Below are positions 38,986 through 52,612 of a stretch of DNA of 64,000 nt, in pieces (positions within the stretch are counted from its first letter, which is position 1; the number at the start of each line of letters is the position of its first letter). Origin of the DNA: Balanoglossus misakiensis. Taxonomy: Eukaryota; Animalia; Hemichordata. The notes beneath the pieces were generated by a model. It was not told where the DNA came from and did no database searches. It worked only from the letters and a program-made list of their open reading frames with translations. The position numbers and the translations under genes were made by a program. Where the stretch lies: contig CM082589.2 of the NCBI GenBank assembly GCA_040954595.2, forward strand, positions 1,528,009 through 1,592,008. Direction: 5' to 3'.

Positions 38986-41081
38986 CCGAAATAATGTTGG
39001 AAGTCAGTGACTTTGCCCCATTAACCTCCTTCTAGTTGATGAGATGTCATTCGAGGGAAATTCACCTTGGATGCTCTCTCCTCGACCTACTTTTCCGACA
39101 ATTCATGTTAAGGTCAGAGATGCATGTACTATAGAGAAATTAGCGGAGGGAATCATCTATTGTCTGCAGTAACTGTTGCCTCTAAGATGATTAATAGTAT
39201 TAATGTACGTAAAGTTGTAATACGCATTTGTTAATCTGTTGTTTTATTTTCATCTGTTACAGTTTGGGGTTGACCTTCAGAGATAGTGGAAAATCACCTG
39301 AAAGTGACTGTGTGTTTGCTACGTAGAAATCGTGACGGTGACCGTACTCGGACATATAGGCATTATTGTCACTTCCTGTATAAAACTCTCGGGCATCAGA
39401 ACCAGATAGTTACTGATTGGGAAAGGTAAGGATGTTTTATCATTGTATAAAGATGCTACATCATTGATGATTGCCAATGTGTGATTCCTGGAATCCAAAT
39501 GGCTTTCAGTACGAACAAAACCACATGCATACTCAAAAATGAAAACGCCGTGTCTTATTCTATTTCTCATGATCATCACCTGATTCTTAAAATCCCGGAA
39601 TGTAATCAGACTTAATCTTGAGAAATGACTGAGACACATTTGTTGCAACTGTCACATGTATGACACATTATCAATTAAATTATCTTTAGAGTATCATCCA
39701 TGTGGAGGTTCAACCATCAATTGTAATTTTCTCTGACAAAATAAGCGTTACCGAAATCCAACTGGCTGAATTTCACAAAAGAAAAACTCATTTTCCAATC
39801 AATATCTACAAGAAATCGATGGTTGCTCATGCATCATACACAAAAGAAAGTGAAACTTGAAGAAAGGTATAGACATCAGTTACAAGTGTAATCCCCTCCA
39901 ACATGACAGGACTTGAAAATCCATTAGAAGTATTAGGTAGTTATGATCCTCAACGTTGCGAAATAGAAAGACTATTGAAGATCATTGCTTCATTATCTGA
40001 GAAGTAATTTGTAAGAAAGGAGACTTAAAACGATTGAAATTGATTTTCCTTCACCAAATATTCCCCACAACGAAAATAAGAGTATTTTAGACTGGTAATC
40101 AATGGTCTCAAATCCCCCATAATGTTCTATGCCCATATGATCCATAAAAATCACCAACTTGGTACATTATTGTTTCCTGCATGGCTCTGATTCTCGTACG
40201 TGTCCACTTACTGATACACTTTCAATAGTCTACCTGAAGTGTGGTATGTCCTCGATGGAGCCAACTAGCGTTGCATGGTGAAGCCGTCACCCACTCCTCC
40301 ATCTCTTGTTTTGAGGGTGTGAATATCGTCTGAAGGATGTTTCGCAAGTTGCGTATATTATAAGCTGCAGTGAGAGACTGTGAGAATATAGCTGAGCTGG
40401 CTAGCTCAGCCAAGTCAAGTCAGAGATAAGAGGGGAAGCTCAAAAATATAGAGCCCGGAAATAGGAGGTTAATATGACCCATATTATGCATCTGTTATAC
40501 AAAGACCTGAGATCTTGATGGTCATGAAAGCTAGAATGTATACCACACGTTTTCCATAGACACTTTAAACTGTCTGAGTGCTTCATGCGATAGACACTTT
40601 CTTTTCCTCCTGTCATCATAGACATATGTATCTTCTCAATCAGTTTTGCAGCATCACAAAGATTGCTTGTCAAGAGTATCATATAGCAGGGCTTCATGCC
40701 ACGAGGGGGTTATAGTATAGTGGTGAGTCAGTTGTCCGTAGGGACCATACTTGATGGGGTTGCTGACCTGAGATCGGTTGCTTCTGACAGGGCTAATTGA
40801 GGGTGTGAGTACATCAGAGCCTTCAACTGTAGATATTGCATGGCATCCAAATCGTCACTGTCCTCATCTGAAGCAAATCACATGAGAGCACATTTCCTTT
40901 TCTGTTCAATTTCTCTTCAAACGCGAAGAGAGACTTCCTGTTTTTGTGGTGTGAAGCAGGAATGGGCTTAATGGGTTCACACCTGTTTGCTTCACGTTTT
41001 TTGGTTGGGGGTTTATTTTTGGTCATTGATGGTGTTTGCATCAGTGACAAGAACAGAGTTTTAATAGTTTTTGCCCTTATA

Positions 41082-41116
41082 GTGTGTGCGTGTGTGTGTG
41101 TGTGCGTGTGTGTGTG
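41082..41116. repeat. (GT)n microsatellite with GC interruptions
   Basis: Direct reading. Confidence 0.9.
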
Positions 41117-43237
41117 CACTTCCATACGTACATGTACGCAAGTCGACTTACATGTACCGTACAACAAAATTAGTTTTCAGAATGACATATTTTGACTGTA
41201 GCCAAGTGTATTGGTAGCATGCTGTTGGAAGACCTGCGTCGTATATTTATAGAGAATATTGCTGCAGTCTTGTTATTTCAATAACGCGGTAATGGGATAC
41301 AGCCTCATATATTGCCTTTGCAGACAAAGCTTTGATTCCCTATTTCATCGTGAATGGAGACCATGCTAATTTCATAATAGAGGCCATAAAATATGGATGT
41401 TTCTGATTCGTTCTATGTATCTGAGCATGGCATTTGATGGTTGATTGACTGAATCTTTCTCCGTGATCAGAGGCAATTATTTGCTCTTCGATAACCCGGT
41501 GATCGGTAACCATGGCAATGTATTTGAAGATATACATCACCCTATTCATCAGAAAAATAGATGATTCAGAATTTCATGATTTGCAGGAAATAATGCAGGG
41601 TGTATAAGAGATTGGATGCCTTTTCCCAAGGTAGTGCTTTTAATGAACACATGAAAGATATCTCGTAATTTGATTTTTTTAATGAAACCCACTCAGTGCA
41701 GTGTGATTTCAGTTTTAATATAAGGTGGAAAGAAAAAAAAACATGGTTTTTGATCAGCCAAATAATTTATTCAAGATTAAGAAAATCCTTCATGTTCACA
41801 AACCAAGCAGCTTATATTCATCTTCAAATATATGAACCTGTTTGTGAAGATAGAAAGGAGAAGTGTGTGACATTCAAAGTAGACAGCCAGTCTTGATCCA
41901 TGCAAGATTTATGTTCTTTATACCTGCTTTCATATTGATTCATTGGTTCGTCTCCCTAACTGGAAATTACCAAATGACCCTGAATTGACCCATTTTGTTG
42001 CCGCAATCCAATAACCCAGTTCTGATTTTATGCTGGCTGTGTTTGCGCTGTATCCCAGCATGCATCTGTAATGGATTTGGTCATTATTTTGTAGTATTTC
42101 ATGTCTTTAAGCTGCATTACTGTAGATTTTTAGGGGTTTCTGTGTATTTTTCTTCTGTGGATCAATCAACTGCACTGTATTGTTTGATTCAACATAGCAT
42201 GCAAACTTGAGACTCTCAAAGATCTCTCAAAACTGGCTGGATATTCCTTGCCGGATGTGGCTTATTTCTGACACCGCCTGATCAATCCTGAACCTCGCAG
42301 AAACATCGATGGTTAATACTACGCTGACGTGAGCAAACCTAGGCGACAGCAGTTACTGTCATATGCTAAATCGATGTTGAATAGATTCGGTGTTGGTGAC
42401 GGCCTGAATGCTACTTGTAGACATTTTGTCTGGAGACGGTGGAGCAGTAGGTGGGCTGTGATAATCCACTCTACAGACACAATGAATTCTGGGATTGTTG
42501 TCCACAGTCGAAATACAGGACAGCTGTAGAAACAAGATCTGTTTGGTTTAGGCAGGTAGACACTATTGAGCTGCAGAAATTGTTTTTAGAAAAATGAAAA
42601 AATAATGGCACCGTATCGGTTGCAGATGAAACACATACAGTAAGCGTCCACTTTGGATTTCAAATATTAATAGATATAGAAATAATTTTATCCAGTCCTC
42701 CAACATATTCTCGGTTATTTTCTTCGTGATACCAAATAATTGAAATTAAACTGGGACTAAGTCAAACAGTTAACATTATCACATTTGTTCTTAACTTTGA
42801 GATAATGAAAGATAATGTTATATGTCACGCTAGTGTAATTTTCTTATCTAGGTAGTGCTGGCTTTCAATTCTCTGACTATCAGAAATTTAGTAATTCTGT
42901 GCTTGATTTTTTGTCGTGTACTAAATATAAAATGTATCTAGTGCGTGTGACATAGTGGAATGGAATGAGCTGCTTCTGAAAATTGAGATAATTGTTATTC
43001 TGCCTCTGTTCTGATATGACAGGGAATATTGTATCGTACATGTATTGGCAGATAATCATGAAGGACCTGTCAAAATGACAGCTATGCTGAATCTGTCAAT
43101 TTTGTAACTGTATTCCCGACTGTATTATGCATTGTTGCCAGGCAGTCCTGCGTGAGATTATAACACGGTATCCAGGTCGCGTGATTTTCATGATTTGTTG
43201 AGAGAGAGTCTGTCATATGAGACTTCTCTCATCTAGC

Positions 43238-43628
43238 CTGCTTGTTAGCTCTCGAATGCTTGTATGCTTGTATGTTAGCTCTCAAAAGCTTGCATGCATA
43301 CAAGCATGCGCATGCTTGTATGTTAGCTCTCGAAGGCTTGTATGCATGCAAGCATGCGCATGCTTGTATGTTAGCTCTCGAAGGCTTGTATGCATGCAAG
43401 CATGCGCATGCTTGTATTTTAGCTCTCGAAGGCTTGTATGCATGCAAGCATGCGCATGCTTGTATTTTAGCTCTCGAAGGCTTGTATGAATACAAGCATG
43501 CGCATGCTTGTATTTTAGCTCTCGAAGGCTTGTATGAATACAAGCATGCGCATGCTTGTATTTTAGCTCTCGAATGCTTATATGAATACAAGCATGCGCA
43601 TGCTTGTATTTTAGCTCTCGAAGGCTTG
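43238..43628. repeat. 48-bp minisatellite (~8 units) with an internal palindrome
   Basis: Unit ~AGCATGCGCATGCTTGTATKTTAGCTCTCGAAGGCTTGTATGMATRCA, containing the 22-bp palindrome TACAAGCATGCGCATGCTTGTA. Followed by a 20-bp duplication at 43629-43668. Confidence 0.95.
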
Positions 43629-43763
43629 CAAGAAAGTCATCTATTCACCAAGAAAGTCATCTATTCACCTCACTTGTTTGTATTTCAGCTGTGACATTTG
43701 ACCCCTGTCTTTGCCTAGAAGTGCACTTCCAGTTGGCAGGAATTATTTACATTTCACATCACA

Positions 43764-44652
43764 ATGGGCAAACAGAATAGTAAGCTCAGACCCGAGCAGC
43801 TGGATGATCTCAGACAACACACAGAATTTAACGATCACGAGTTACAAGAATGGTATAAAGGATTCCTTAAAGGTTAGCGGCAGATTTCTTTTGAAATTTT
43901 TCAATTTCATTTACATCAAAACAAAGTTTTAATTGTATTGATCTGAAGTCCTGTCTGAAATAAGCTTAAAATTTAGCTGATGATAATATGAAACTTCTTT
44001 TTATGAAAGTGATGATACTGTGAATTTATGTTTTCTTGTTTGCCTTCTACAGACTGTCCAAGCGGGCACTTGACCGTGGACGAGTTCAAGAAAATCTATG
44101 GCAATTTCTTCCCGTACGGGGATGCATCCAAATTTGCAGAACATGTATTTCGTACTTTTGACCAAAACAGTGATGGCACGATCGATTTCCGGGAGTTCAT
44201 CTGTGCTCTTAGCGTAACATCTCGTGGAAAACTCGAAGATAAACTCAAATGGGCGTTTAGTATGTATGATCTGGATGGCAATGGTTACATCTCTCGACAA
44301 GAAATGCTAGAAATAGTTACGGTTAGTAAATATCATTCAATTCTGTCTGTTCAGTTAACCCTTTCACCACCATGGTTCAGTCAGAAAATTATTTTTATAC
44401 TCTAGTACAAAACGTGTTTTATTTTTTATTTTTTCAATATTACAGGCTATCTACAAGATGGTTGGTACTGTCATGAAAATGCCGGAAGACGAGTCAACAC
44501 CAGAAAAGAGAACAGATAAAATATTCCGACAAATGGACAAGAATTTGGACGGCAAACTATCACTGGCCGAGTTCATCGATGGAGCAAAGAACGACCCTTC
44601 CATTGTTAGATTGCTTCAGTGTGATCCAAGTGGAGGTACACAGTTTATGTGA
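43764..44652 (+). CDS. NCALD: Neurocalcin/hippocalcin-like neuronal calcium sensor (myristoylated EF-hand protein), 3 coding exons, 194 aa
   Basis: Exons 43764-43872, 44053-44321, 44446-44652. [15 protein letters not shown]...[46 protein letters not shown]; EF loops [24 protein letters not shown] and [12 protein letters not shown]; [22 protein letters not shown]. Probably a pro-orthologue of NCALD/HPCA/HPCAL1. Confidence 0.96.
44355..44382. mobile_element. Truncated end of the same TTAA MITE family, in neurocalcin coding intron 2
   Basis: TTAACCCTTTCACCACCATGGTTCAGTC matches the reverse complement of the right end of the 22952-23044 element. Confidence 0.65.
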
Positions 44653-45375
44653 GGTTATAGTTCAACTTTGGGTCAGAGGTTATCTAGGGGCCAGATTTAG
44701 TTTTTTTTTCTTCTTTAGTATACTTTTAATACAGTATTGTACATTTTGAAATGTAGTCTTCACGACCAGTGTCTTGCAAGAAAGAAGTCAGTCAACTTGA
44801 CTAAAGAGGGCGCCTTTCCTAACTTCTAGTTTCGTAGACTTTCAGAGCCTTTCATTGTAGCATTGTCATGTCTATAGCTTTCACTTTCCCTATCAGGTGA
44901 TGTTCACTTGTGGGTTCGATCAAATACAGCTCAAGTTGTCAGTTTTAGTTGTATTTTAACATCCTTTTGAAGTGGGATAGCGCCCCCTTTGACAAGAATG
45001 AGGCATGTACTGCAGAGTTTAACAGAAGTTCAACACATTGAGCATTTGATGAACTTTTATTCATTCAAAGAAGAAAGTGAAAAGTTAGTTGTAATATACA
45101 AGTAGTCAGAACGAATATTCAGTCAATGCAGCTACTTGGACTTTTTTATTTTATTTGCTAGTCAGGTTGAACAAATTTCATGGGTATGATCGAACGTGAT
45201 TGATCGCGTTCTTTCATTTTAAAATCAGGAAAATCTGAAGGCGTGAAATCCCGTAGTCTGGCAAAGACTGTAGTGTCCATGTAGAATATTCCATAATTGT
45301 GAATCTATTTAATAACATGTGGATCATGACAGATTGAAATTCTTAATTTGCAAGTTGTCGGACAGACTATCGTGA

Positions 45376-45457
45376 TCACAATAATGTAGCTTACTTCCCC
45401 GAACATCATTTAAGCCTCACAATAATGTAGCTTACTTCCCTGAACATCATTTAAGCC
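45376..45457. repeat. 41-bp tandem duplication downstream of the neurocalcin stop codon
   Basis: TCACAATAATGTAGCTTACTTCCCYGAACATCATTTAAGCC x2. Confidence 0.9.
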
Positions 45458-47938
45458 TTATAATTGCTTATTATTCACATTTTAATTCCTTCTTTGAATA
45501 TTTGCCAATTTTATCAAAACATTATTCTAATTTACCAGCTATATGTTCTCAGTCTATTTGCAAGAACCATTTCCTATTACCAGAGCTAGCCTTTTAATTA
45601 TTAAATTATTATATGTTCTATACTAATTATTCCATAATCCATTTTGCAAATTTGGCCAGCATCATACATAGCCATGCAATTATAAATTATGCTTATATAG
45701 GTAGGGTAAAAACCAAAATCAAAGCAAAATAATTTGCTGACATTTGTCAACACAGTTAAAATGAAAGGTAATATATTATCTAAGGATGTTATATGTAAAT
45801 CTCGGAATAGAAAAAACAAACACTTTTTATCTATAAAGAATGCTATTGCAGGAATTTTTGCTCGTTAGTAAACCAGAACTGTTTTGTATTTAATCCTTAG
45901 TGCTTTTTGAAATTAGAAGTTTTTGGTGCAGACTTTTCCTGTCTGCCTGTAGATGTGATAATATATCGGAATATAAAAATGAAAAATTAGGATTCAAAGG
46001 TTTATTGACTAAATCGTGTCCATGATTCACAATGCATATTGCAAGAATGGATTTTTGTTGTTTTAGTTTCTATCTTTTTCATATTCGTAGATTTGAAGTC
46101 AGTATTGTTGTTGTTGTTGTGTGTGATGTACTTGTATTCATGCTCCTTGGATTCTCTTTCTAAACATTAATTGCATTTCCCTTATCTTTACCTCATCGTT
46201 GTAACTTTATGAATTATCCAAAAATTCACTTGCAAGTTCTGTCACTGTGAGATCGCTATTGCTTTAAAAGTGTGAGAGAAAGTCAACTTGTATTTCAAGG
46301 CAGCTAGTCACATTGCTTATAACATGCATTGGTTTCTTTTATGTATACTCATTTAAGATTTTATTGGATGTCATTCTGGGAAACTGTAACCTCTGTCAAA
46401 CTGGCTCATAGTGCAAAGGATTGGGTAAGCATTTTTATACTGAATCTTCATAATGTCTCCATCATGCTCAACAAATTTGTGGATATCATCTCTCTGGAAT
46501 CTATTTAAACCCAGATATTTCTTTAATAGGGAAAAGCAAAGCTGGAAAAGTATCTCGCATCCTTCAGTAAGTATACATGGCTGTTGTTTGCAATGCAATA
46601 GAAAGTGCAATCTTTGAAATTAGTTTAATTTGTACCAGTGCAGCAGTGCGGTTTGAGTATAAAGGTTCAATTTCATTGGTGTTGATCGGTAACTTAGTCG
46701 GCAGCTCTGTATTTTCCTCAGTTCGAGTCAGCATCTTTCAACCCTGTGAAGTTTTATATGTGATTTGCCCAAACAATACATGTGATCTCCTATAACTAAT
46801 GTAGTCAACCCAGAATGACAATATTGATCACGTGATCTGGTCCAACCAATGGTGGGCTGTCATACCAATCATGTGATCCAGCTCAACCAATCATCAGGGC
46901 TTTGGAAGGGTGAAGTCGGCCATGTTTATATCGTACAATCAGTGCAATATTCCTCCAGGGAAGACTCAGAAATCAAGCGTGTGTATCCATTCCCCCATGT
47001 CAGTGACAAACTTACTCATTTTCTTGGTTGCTTTTTTGTTGATCAGCTTGATAAATAGTAATCATTGCAGCCATGCATTTTGTTTCTTCCTTGTCCATTG
47101 GGTTATTGGTTTGTCAACATATCATTTCTGTAGAGTACATTTCATTGCAAGTAATATGAAAGAAAGTTAGTTTTTTTCCACTATTTTCCACTAAAAGCAA
47201 GAAAGAAACCTTGTTTTTGCACATTTTCAAGCTAACAAAAATATCAAAAAAATATTAGGACATGCTGTAATTAGTAGAAATAATTAGAAAATTTCAGTAA
47301 TTTATGCAGAGAAAATATCACTGTATATATATTATTCACTATTTTATCAGCCTAGAATGTAAGCGTCGCGATATTTGTAGCTCGTGTAGAAATGCACTGG
47401 CCATGGTTTTGATGGTTTAATCTCTAATATACAAAGCTGGTAAAGTCATTATTTAACTAGATAGGTAGTAGTTGGCACTTTTTCCATCCTGAAAATAAAC
47501 TTTGAATTCAACTTGTCTTAGATGTGTTATTTTTGGAGTGAGGGGCAAGTGGTTAAATTGACATGGCTGGATGGGATAAGGATAGAGATACTCCTGGAAA
47601 TACTGGAATTTTGAGGATTGGGGTAATTTGTTTATTAACAATAGTAAAATTAATTTTCAACGTTGGGGCGCACATCATTGGTTCCATGCGGACGATGACT
47701 GTCCTGCTTCAACCCCCAGGTCTTGTCAATGTCATTTTGCTTTCAGTACTATGCAGCAAATGATCGCCTATCTATCTGTTCATCTACCTCGTTTAATAGA
47801 ACTTCCTAACCTATTAACTGTTATCACCGAATAAGTTTCAAAAATATGTAAATAAATGAATCAACGTTTCTCATTTTAAAAATTAGTCCTGGGATGTTTA
47901 CAGAGCATCAAATCCTTCTCCATTTTCTTCAAGCTGAA

Positions 47939-50900
47939 TCAATACGCGAAAAGTACTTTATCGACGACGTGGATGACGCCATTGGTTGCCATGGTATCGG
48001 TTTTCGTGATGGTGGCGCTGTCCACGATGAGTCCTCGACTTCCGTCATACACACGGATTTGGTCTTCAGCTAAGGTTGTCATGTACATAGGGTACCACCA
48101 TGTTCCCCTTAATAGTTTCATGCCACAATGAACGTCTGTGAAGGAAAATAATACTAGTTTATAAATCTTGCTGGTCATGAATAACTAACTAGTGAATTTC
48201 TTACAAAAATAGTTTTGGAAAGAAAAGTTTTTGACTTCGTGAGTGTAACGCCAGCAGTGTTAGAGACGGGACAGGGAACCGGACAAATTAAATTTGTGAA
48301 ATGACCGCCTACCCTCCACAATATGATGTGAGATGACACCTCTCAAAGTATGTGGGTCGTTCAACACGCGTTCAAGATATTCCTCGGGCAGCTCTTCGAA
48401 GGCTTCGTTGCTAGGAGCAAACACCGTCAGAGCGCCATCACCGTCCAACACTTCCGCAAGACCGGCTACCTCGATGGCTTGCAACAGTGTGCTGAAGTTT
48501 GAATCTGCTTTGATGATTTCCAATATATTTCCAGAGGGCGGCATAAGAACCTTCGGTGGAAGAAGAGAATGTCTTTTGTCAAGCCACGTGCTTCATCAGT
48601 TTTAATCGTAATCATGCTTCTTTTGAAGTAGACAAACGTTTATGACAGAATTGTTTACCTTGTCGATCTTATGGATGACGCCATTACATCCTAAGATGTC
48701 ACTTTGAACGACAGGGACACAGTCGACGCTCAATCCTTGTGGACGGTCAAATCGAAAAATTGGCTACAACAGAAAGAAAACACTATTTTAGTACGACAAG
48801 GCAAATATCAAGGACAAAGTCCGTTCATTAGGTGAAAAATACAATTTACAAAATGTAAACTCATAAAAATCATCATCAAAATCGGTTTCTTTGACAATTT
48901 ATATGAAATAACTGCCAGCAAGTGCAGGTCACTTCTGATTGGTTGTTCCCTCACACGGCAGATTTGCATATTTTAGACTACAGGTGTCGTGTGAGAATAC
49001 AAATTAGGGCACTTTCCATGCATGCTCAGCGTTTTCTGTTCGTCGTCACTTCCGCGTGGGCTCTCTGTTGATTGTCAGCGTGCACCGTTTGCTGTCGACC
49101 CCTTCCCCTTAAAACGTCACGATTCGAGAGGTAAGCTCCATTTCTTTGCTTTGTTCAAGACATTTGGTGTTACACAGCATGTTTTTCAACTATATTTAAA
49201 GCAATTAGTAGATGCGTACTCTCTGGCAAGTGTCGATACGGAGGTCGTTGCCATCCATTGCGGTCACCTTGTGGTCGTTGTCTCGAACGAGGTCACGTGA
49301 TGTCAAACTTTGTGGGACAACGTGATGCATCAAGACTTGGCGAAGAACACTACTCTCTTGGAGAGCGTCTTTCACATCTTGGGAGAGATTCTTAAAGACA
49401 AAGCGAAAAAAATGTCTTTTATTAAGTATACTCGGATGCGTTGTCAAGATGCATGCTAACAAGCCTCCCAAGATGGCGGCTCATCACAGGGGTAGAACAT
49501 TCTTTCTTCTTGATCGTATGAACTTCTGGACAATACCTGAATCGCTTCTTCAGTTGGCGCGAACAATGTCACATTTTTTGTGTTCTGGAGCAGATACAGC
49601 AAATCTGCCTCTTCTATCAGATCGAATAGTACGCCCTCTAGCAGATAGGGAAGCTGTCGAGCTTGATAATAAGATATTTGTGGACAATTACCAATTGTAA
49701 CGAAACGCTTTTGGTTTATATGAAGTATATGGATTTGAACACATATTTTGAAAACACAGTATAAGATTGAGATATGGAACGTTTGCAAACGAATCCGAAT
49801 TTGAAAAGTACCTTCTTTTGGGACGAGAACGGCATCGATCGTATGGATGACGCCATTGGTTGCCACGATATCCTTAGCAACGAACTGCGCGTCCCCAATG
49901 AAGAACTTGTCATCAGAAGTGCGATTGACGTACAGTTCTGTGCCGAGCTGGGTAGTGACGTAATGGTAACTGGTGATCGCCGCTGAACAGATCGTGTGGG
50001 GTACCAGATGATTGTCCAAAAGAGCTGCAGAGAAACAAAATTTCTGAGGCAATGCTGAGAACGATCCGGGATGCGCACATATTGTATGTGGAGTTGACAG
50101 TTGTAAACTATAATTGGAGAGTTATCTACGAACCTGTCAAACAATCTGAATCTTGAATTAGGGCGTTAAAGAGTTTCGGTCCCAGTTTCTTGAAAGCGCC
50201 ATCAGTCGGTGCAAAGAGTGTAAGTTGGGTCTTGTCTTTTAACTTCTGCAGATTCCCAACTTGGGCCATTGCTTGAAATGAGAAAAAGGTGACGAATATT
50301 GATCTGCAAATATCTTGACAGGAAACATTTCTTCACGTAAGCGTAGCGAACAAAATGTAGACATCATCAAAAGCAGAAGGAATTTACCTGTCTTCAGAAT
50401 GCTGAATTGTGGGTCGTTTTCGATAATTTCTGAAACGCTTCTGGTCGTTGACTTCATAGTGTCATCAAGCACGTGAACAACTCCATTGGTAGCGAAATTG
50501 TTTGGTTTTACCACGCGTGCGCAGTTGGCCGTAACTATCTGAAAGAAATATGAATTAAGTCACTAGCATCAGTAAAGATAGAAAAAACGCGATATGATAA
50601 CTTGAGAAAAGCTTGAGAAAAGCTGGTTTACCAATTCCGGTCCACTATTTGGGTAATATCCAAGTCTTATCGTCCGATTATTTAACGTCGTCAATATTTC
50701 TTCATCTTTCATGTCACTGGTTCTGCGTGGTCCCTCCACTATGTGACTCTCCACTGTCGTCTGCCAATCGTCCGATGCTCCATCCACTATCAGTTCGTTC
50801 ACCAAGTTCTGCGCAATGATAGCAAAGATCAATATATTCATTCACCCAAAGCTCAGGTAAGTCACGTGACGGTGTATATCACCAAGACCCATGCATCATA

Positions 50901-52098
50901 TTTGTTTTAAATGTTGACTTGTTGTGTGTTGAAACATTATTATCACAAAGAGGTCACACTGCCCCTCATGTGAACGAAATACCGAGTTTGAATGTCTTCC
51001 AATGATAGCGTCAGACGTTATTTTGCAAGCGGTGCAGATAACATATCTTATGATTATCAAAGACTAAACTGACTAGACTTATCAAACACTATGAAGTTAT
51101 ATCCCATAATATGTAAAAACATGGCCACCTTACCAACTCAGCACCCTGCATGACGTCATCAAATGGCGCAAAGATGGTGTAATTATTTCCATTTCTCAGT
51201 GTCTTGTGCAAACCCGCCACTTCAACGAGGTCTAAGAACTCCTCTGCGCCAACGTCCGCCAGGGTTCTGGGTAGAGGTTTCAAGTCAATTTCTGAAATCA
51301 GAGAAGACACTATTCATAGTATTGTCTTTTTCGGGGGTTTCTTATCTTGTCAGTCTTGTAATCCTCATTTGGTCCCGAGACCGACAATGTGTGACAAAAC
51401 ATGAGGTCGAATAATTACCAAGTGGACATCCCGGCTCGCCTTCTTTACGTCCGTAGCCATAGCAACACTCATGAGTAACTTCAGACACCCTCAAGTTCCC
51501 GGATGCCGTCAGTCTGAAAAACAGAGTTGACGCAGAAATAACCTTTGTCCATAAAGACTAACAAAATCATGCATGGCGAGCAGGATAGTGCAATTATTTT
51601 TTTCCAAATCGAAGGAGCGTTTGATATAAAGTTTCTTACCTTGATGTGCATCGTCTGAAATGATTGTGGTGATCATGACAATACGAAGACCAGGACCTAC
51701 TGAATGGGCTCCTGCGATATCGTCCGCGTTGTTGGTATGGCAACGGACCCGGCCCGTAGAAGGACGGCATGGAGCCAAAAAAGTCGCGGCCGCCACCAAA
51801 CAGGTTCTGGAAATCCGAGGTGACATTGCCGGCTCGAGAAACACAAACATTCGGTCTGTAAATGGACGAAAAGTGGTGGCAATGAATACTCTGTTTGGTT
51901 TTTAATTAGGGCCTATGATACCAATGTCGCTTCCTCGGTCCCTGGAGTATTAGAAAATGCAACATACCCTTGCCACCAATGGAAATATCCACGATTATGA
52001 TGCCATCTGTTCTGGTGATGCCCAAAATGTCGACTCGGACGCGCCTCGATCAACCCAGTGCAGAGAACCACAGCTCCAAACACAAGCAGTGACTTCAT
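47939..52098 (-). CDS. Periostin/TGFBI-like secreted fasciclin protein (signal peptide, EMI domain, 4 FAS1 domains), 13 exons, ~704 aa
   Basis: Exons 52098-51968, 51855-51640, 51513-51419, 51291-51134, 50808-50632, 50538-50388, 50271-50134, 50024-49812, 49661-49537, 49390-49220, 48763-48659, 48550-48313, 48135-47939 join in frame (2115 nt). GPNVC...ECCYGY...GCP EMI motif; four T(I/L/V)FAP H1 motifs and four NGV(V/I)H..D H2 motifs. Confidence 0.92.
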
Positions 52099-52612
52099 TG
52101 TCCAATCGAGTCTTGAACCAATCTGACCCTCGGACTGAAGTGTACCTGAGCTTTGTTCGGCTAGACGTTACATGAACTAAAACAAACTGCTAACGGGGCG
52201 ATATCTGAATTCCACACGTGTTCCTGTTTACAGATTTGCAAACGAGCTGATAGGAAACGTCAAACAATAGAGTATATCCCTCGCATATATACTTTGGTTC
52301 ACTGCCAGCAATTACTGCTGTATTTAGTTACCCCATGGAGGTGGTTAACCACCATCAACCATTTCACATTTTGCTTTCTTCAAGTTATAGACAAAAGATT
52401 AACGCAATATGGCATATAAATATTTTTTATTTTGTCAATATATCGGTCCAGTCTCAAAATAATCTTTGATATTTGCTGACTAGGTTCATATCGTCCAGGT
52501 CAATCGAAGGCTAGTCTTTCTGTCAACAGAAATTGTGACGGTTGTATTTACAGTCAAGGGTCAACGTTCAAGACAAGCAGATACAATAGTTCATATTTAG
52601 CTGCCATTTTAT

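Noticed and set aside
43217-43694. Repetitive ORFs and a CRISPR-like palindromic repeat array
   Set aside because: Pure 48-bp tandem repeat with no unique spacers, no cas genes and a eukaryotic context; the ORFs are artefacts of the repeat.
3296-44652. Regucalcin and neurocalcin as a calcium-signalling gene cluster
   Set aside because: Unrelated families on opposite strands, separated by another gene; no evidence of co-regulation.
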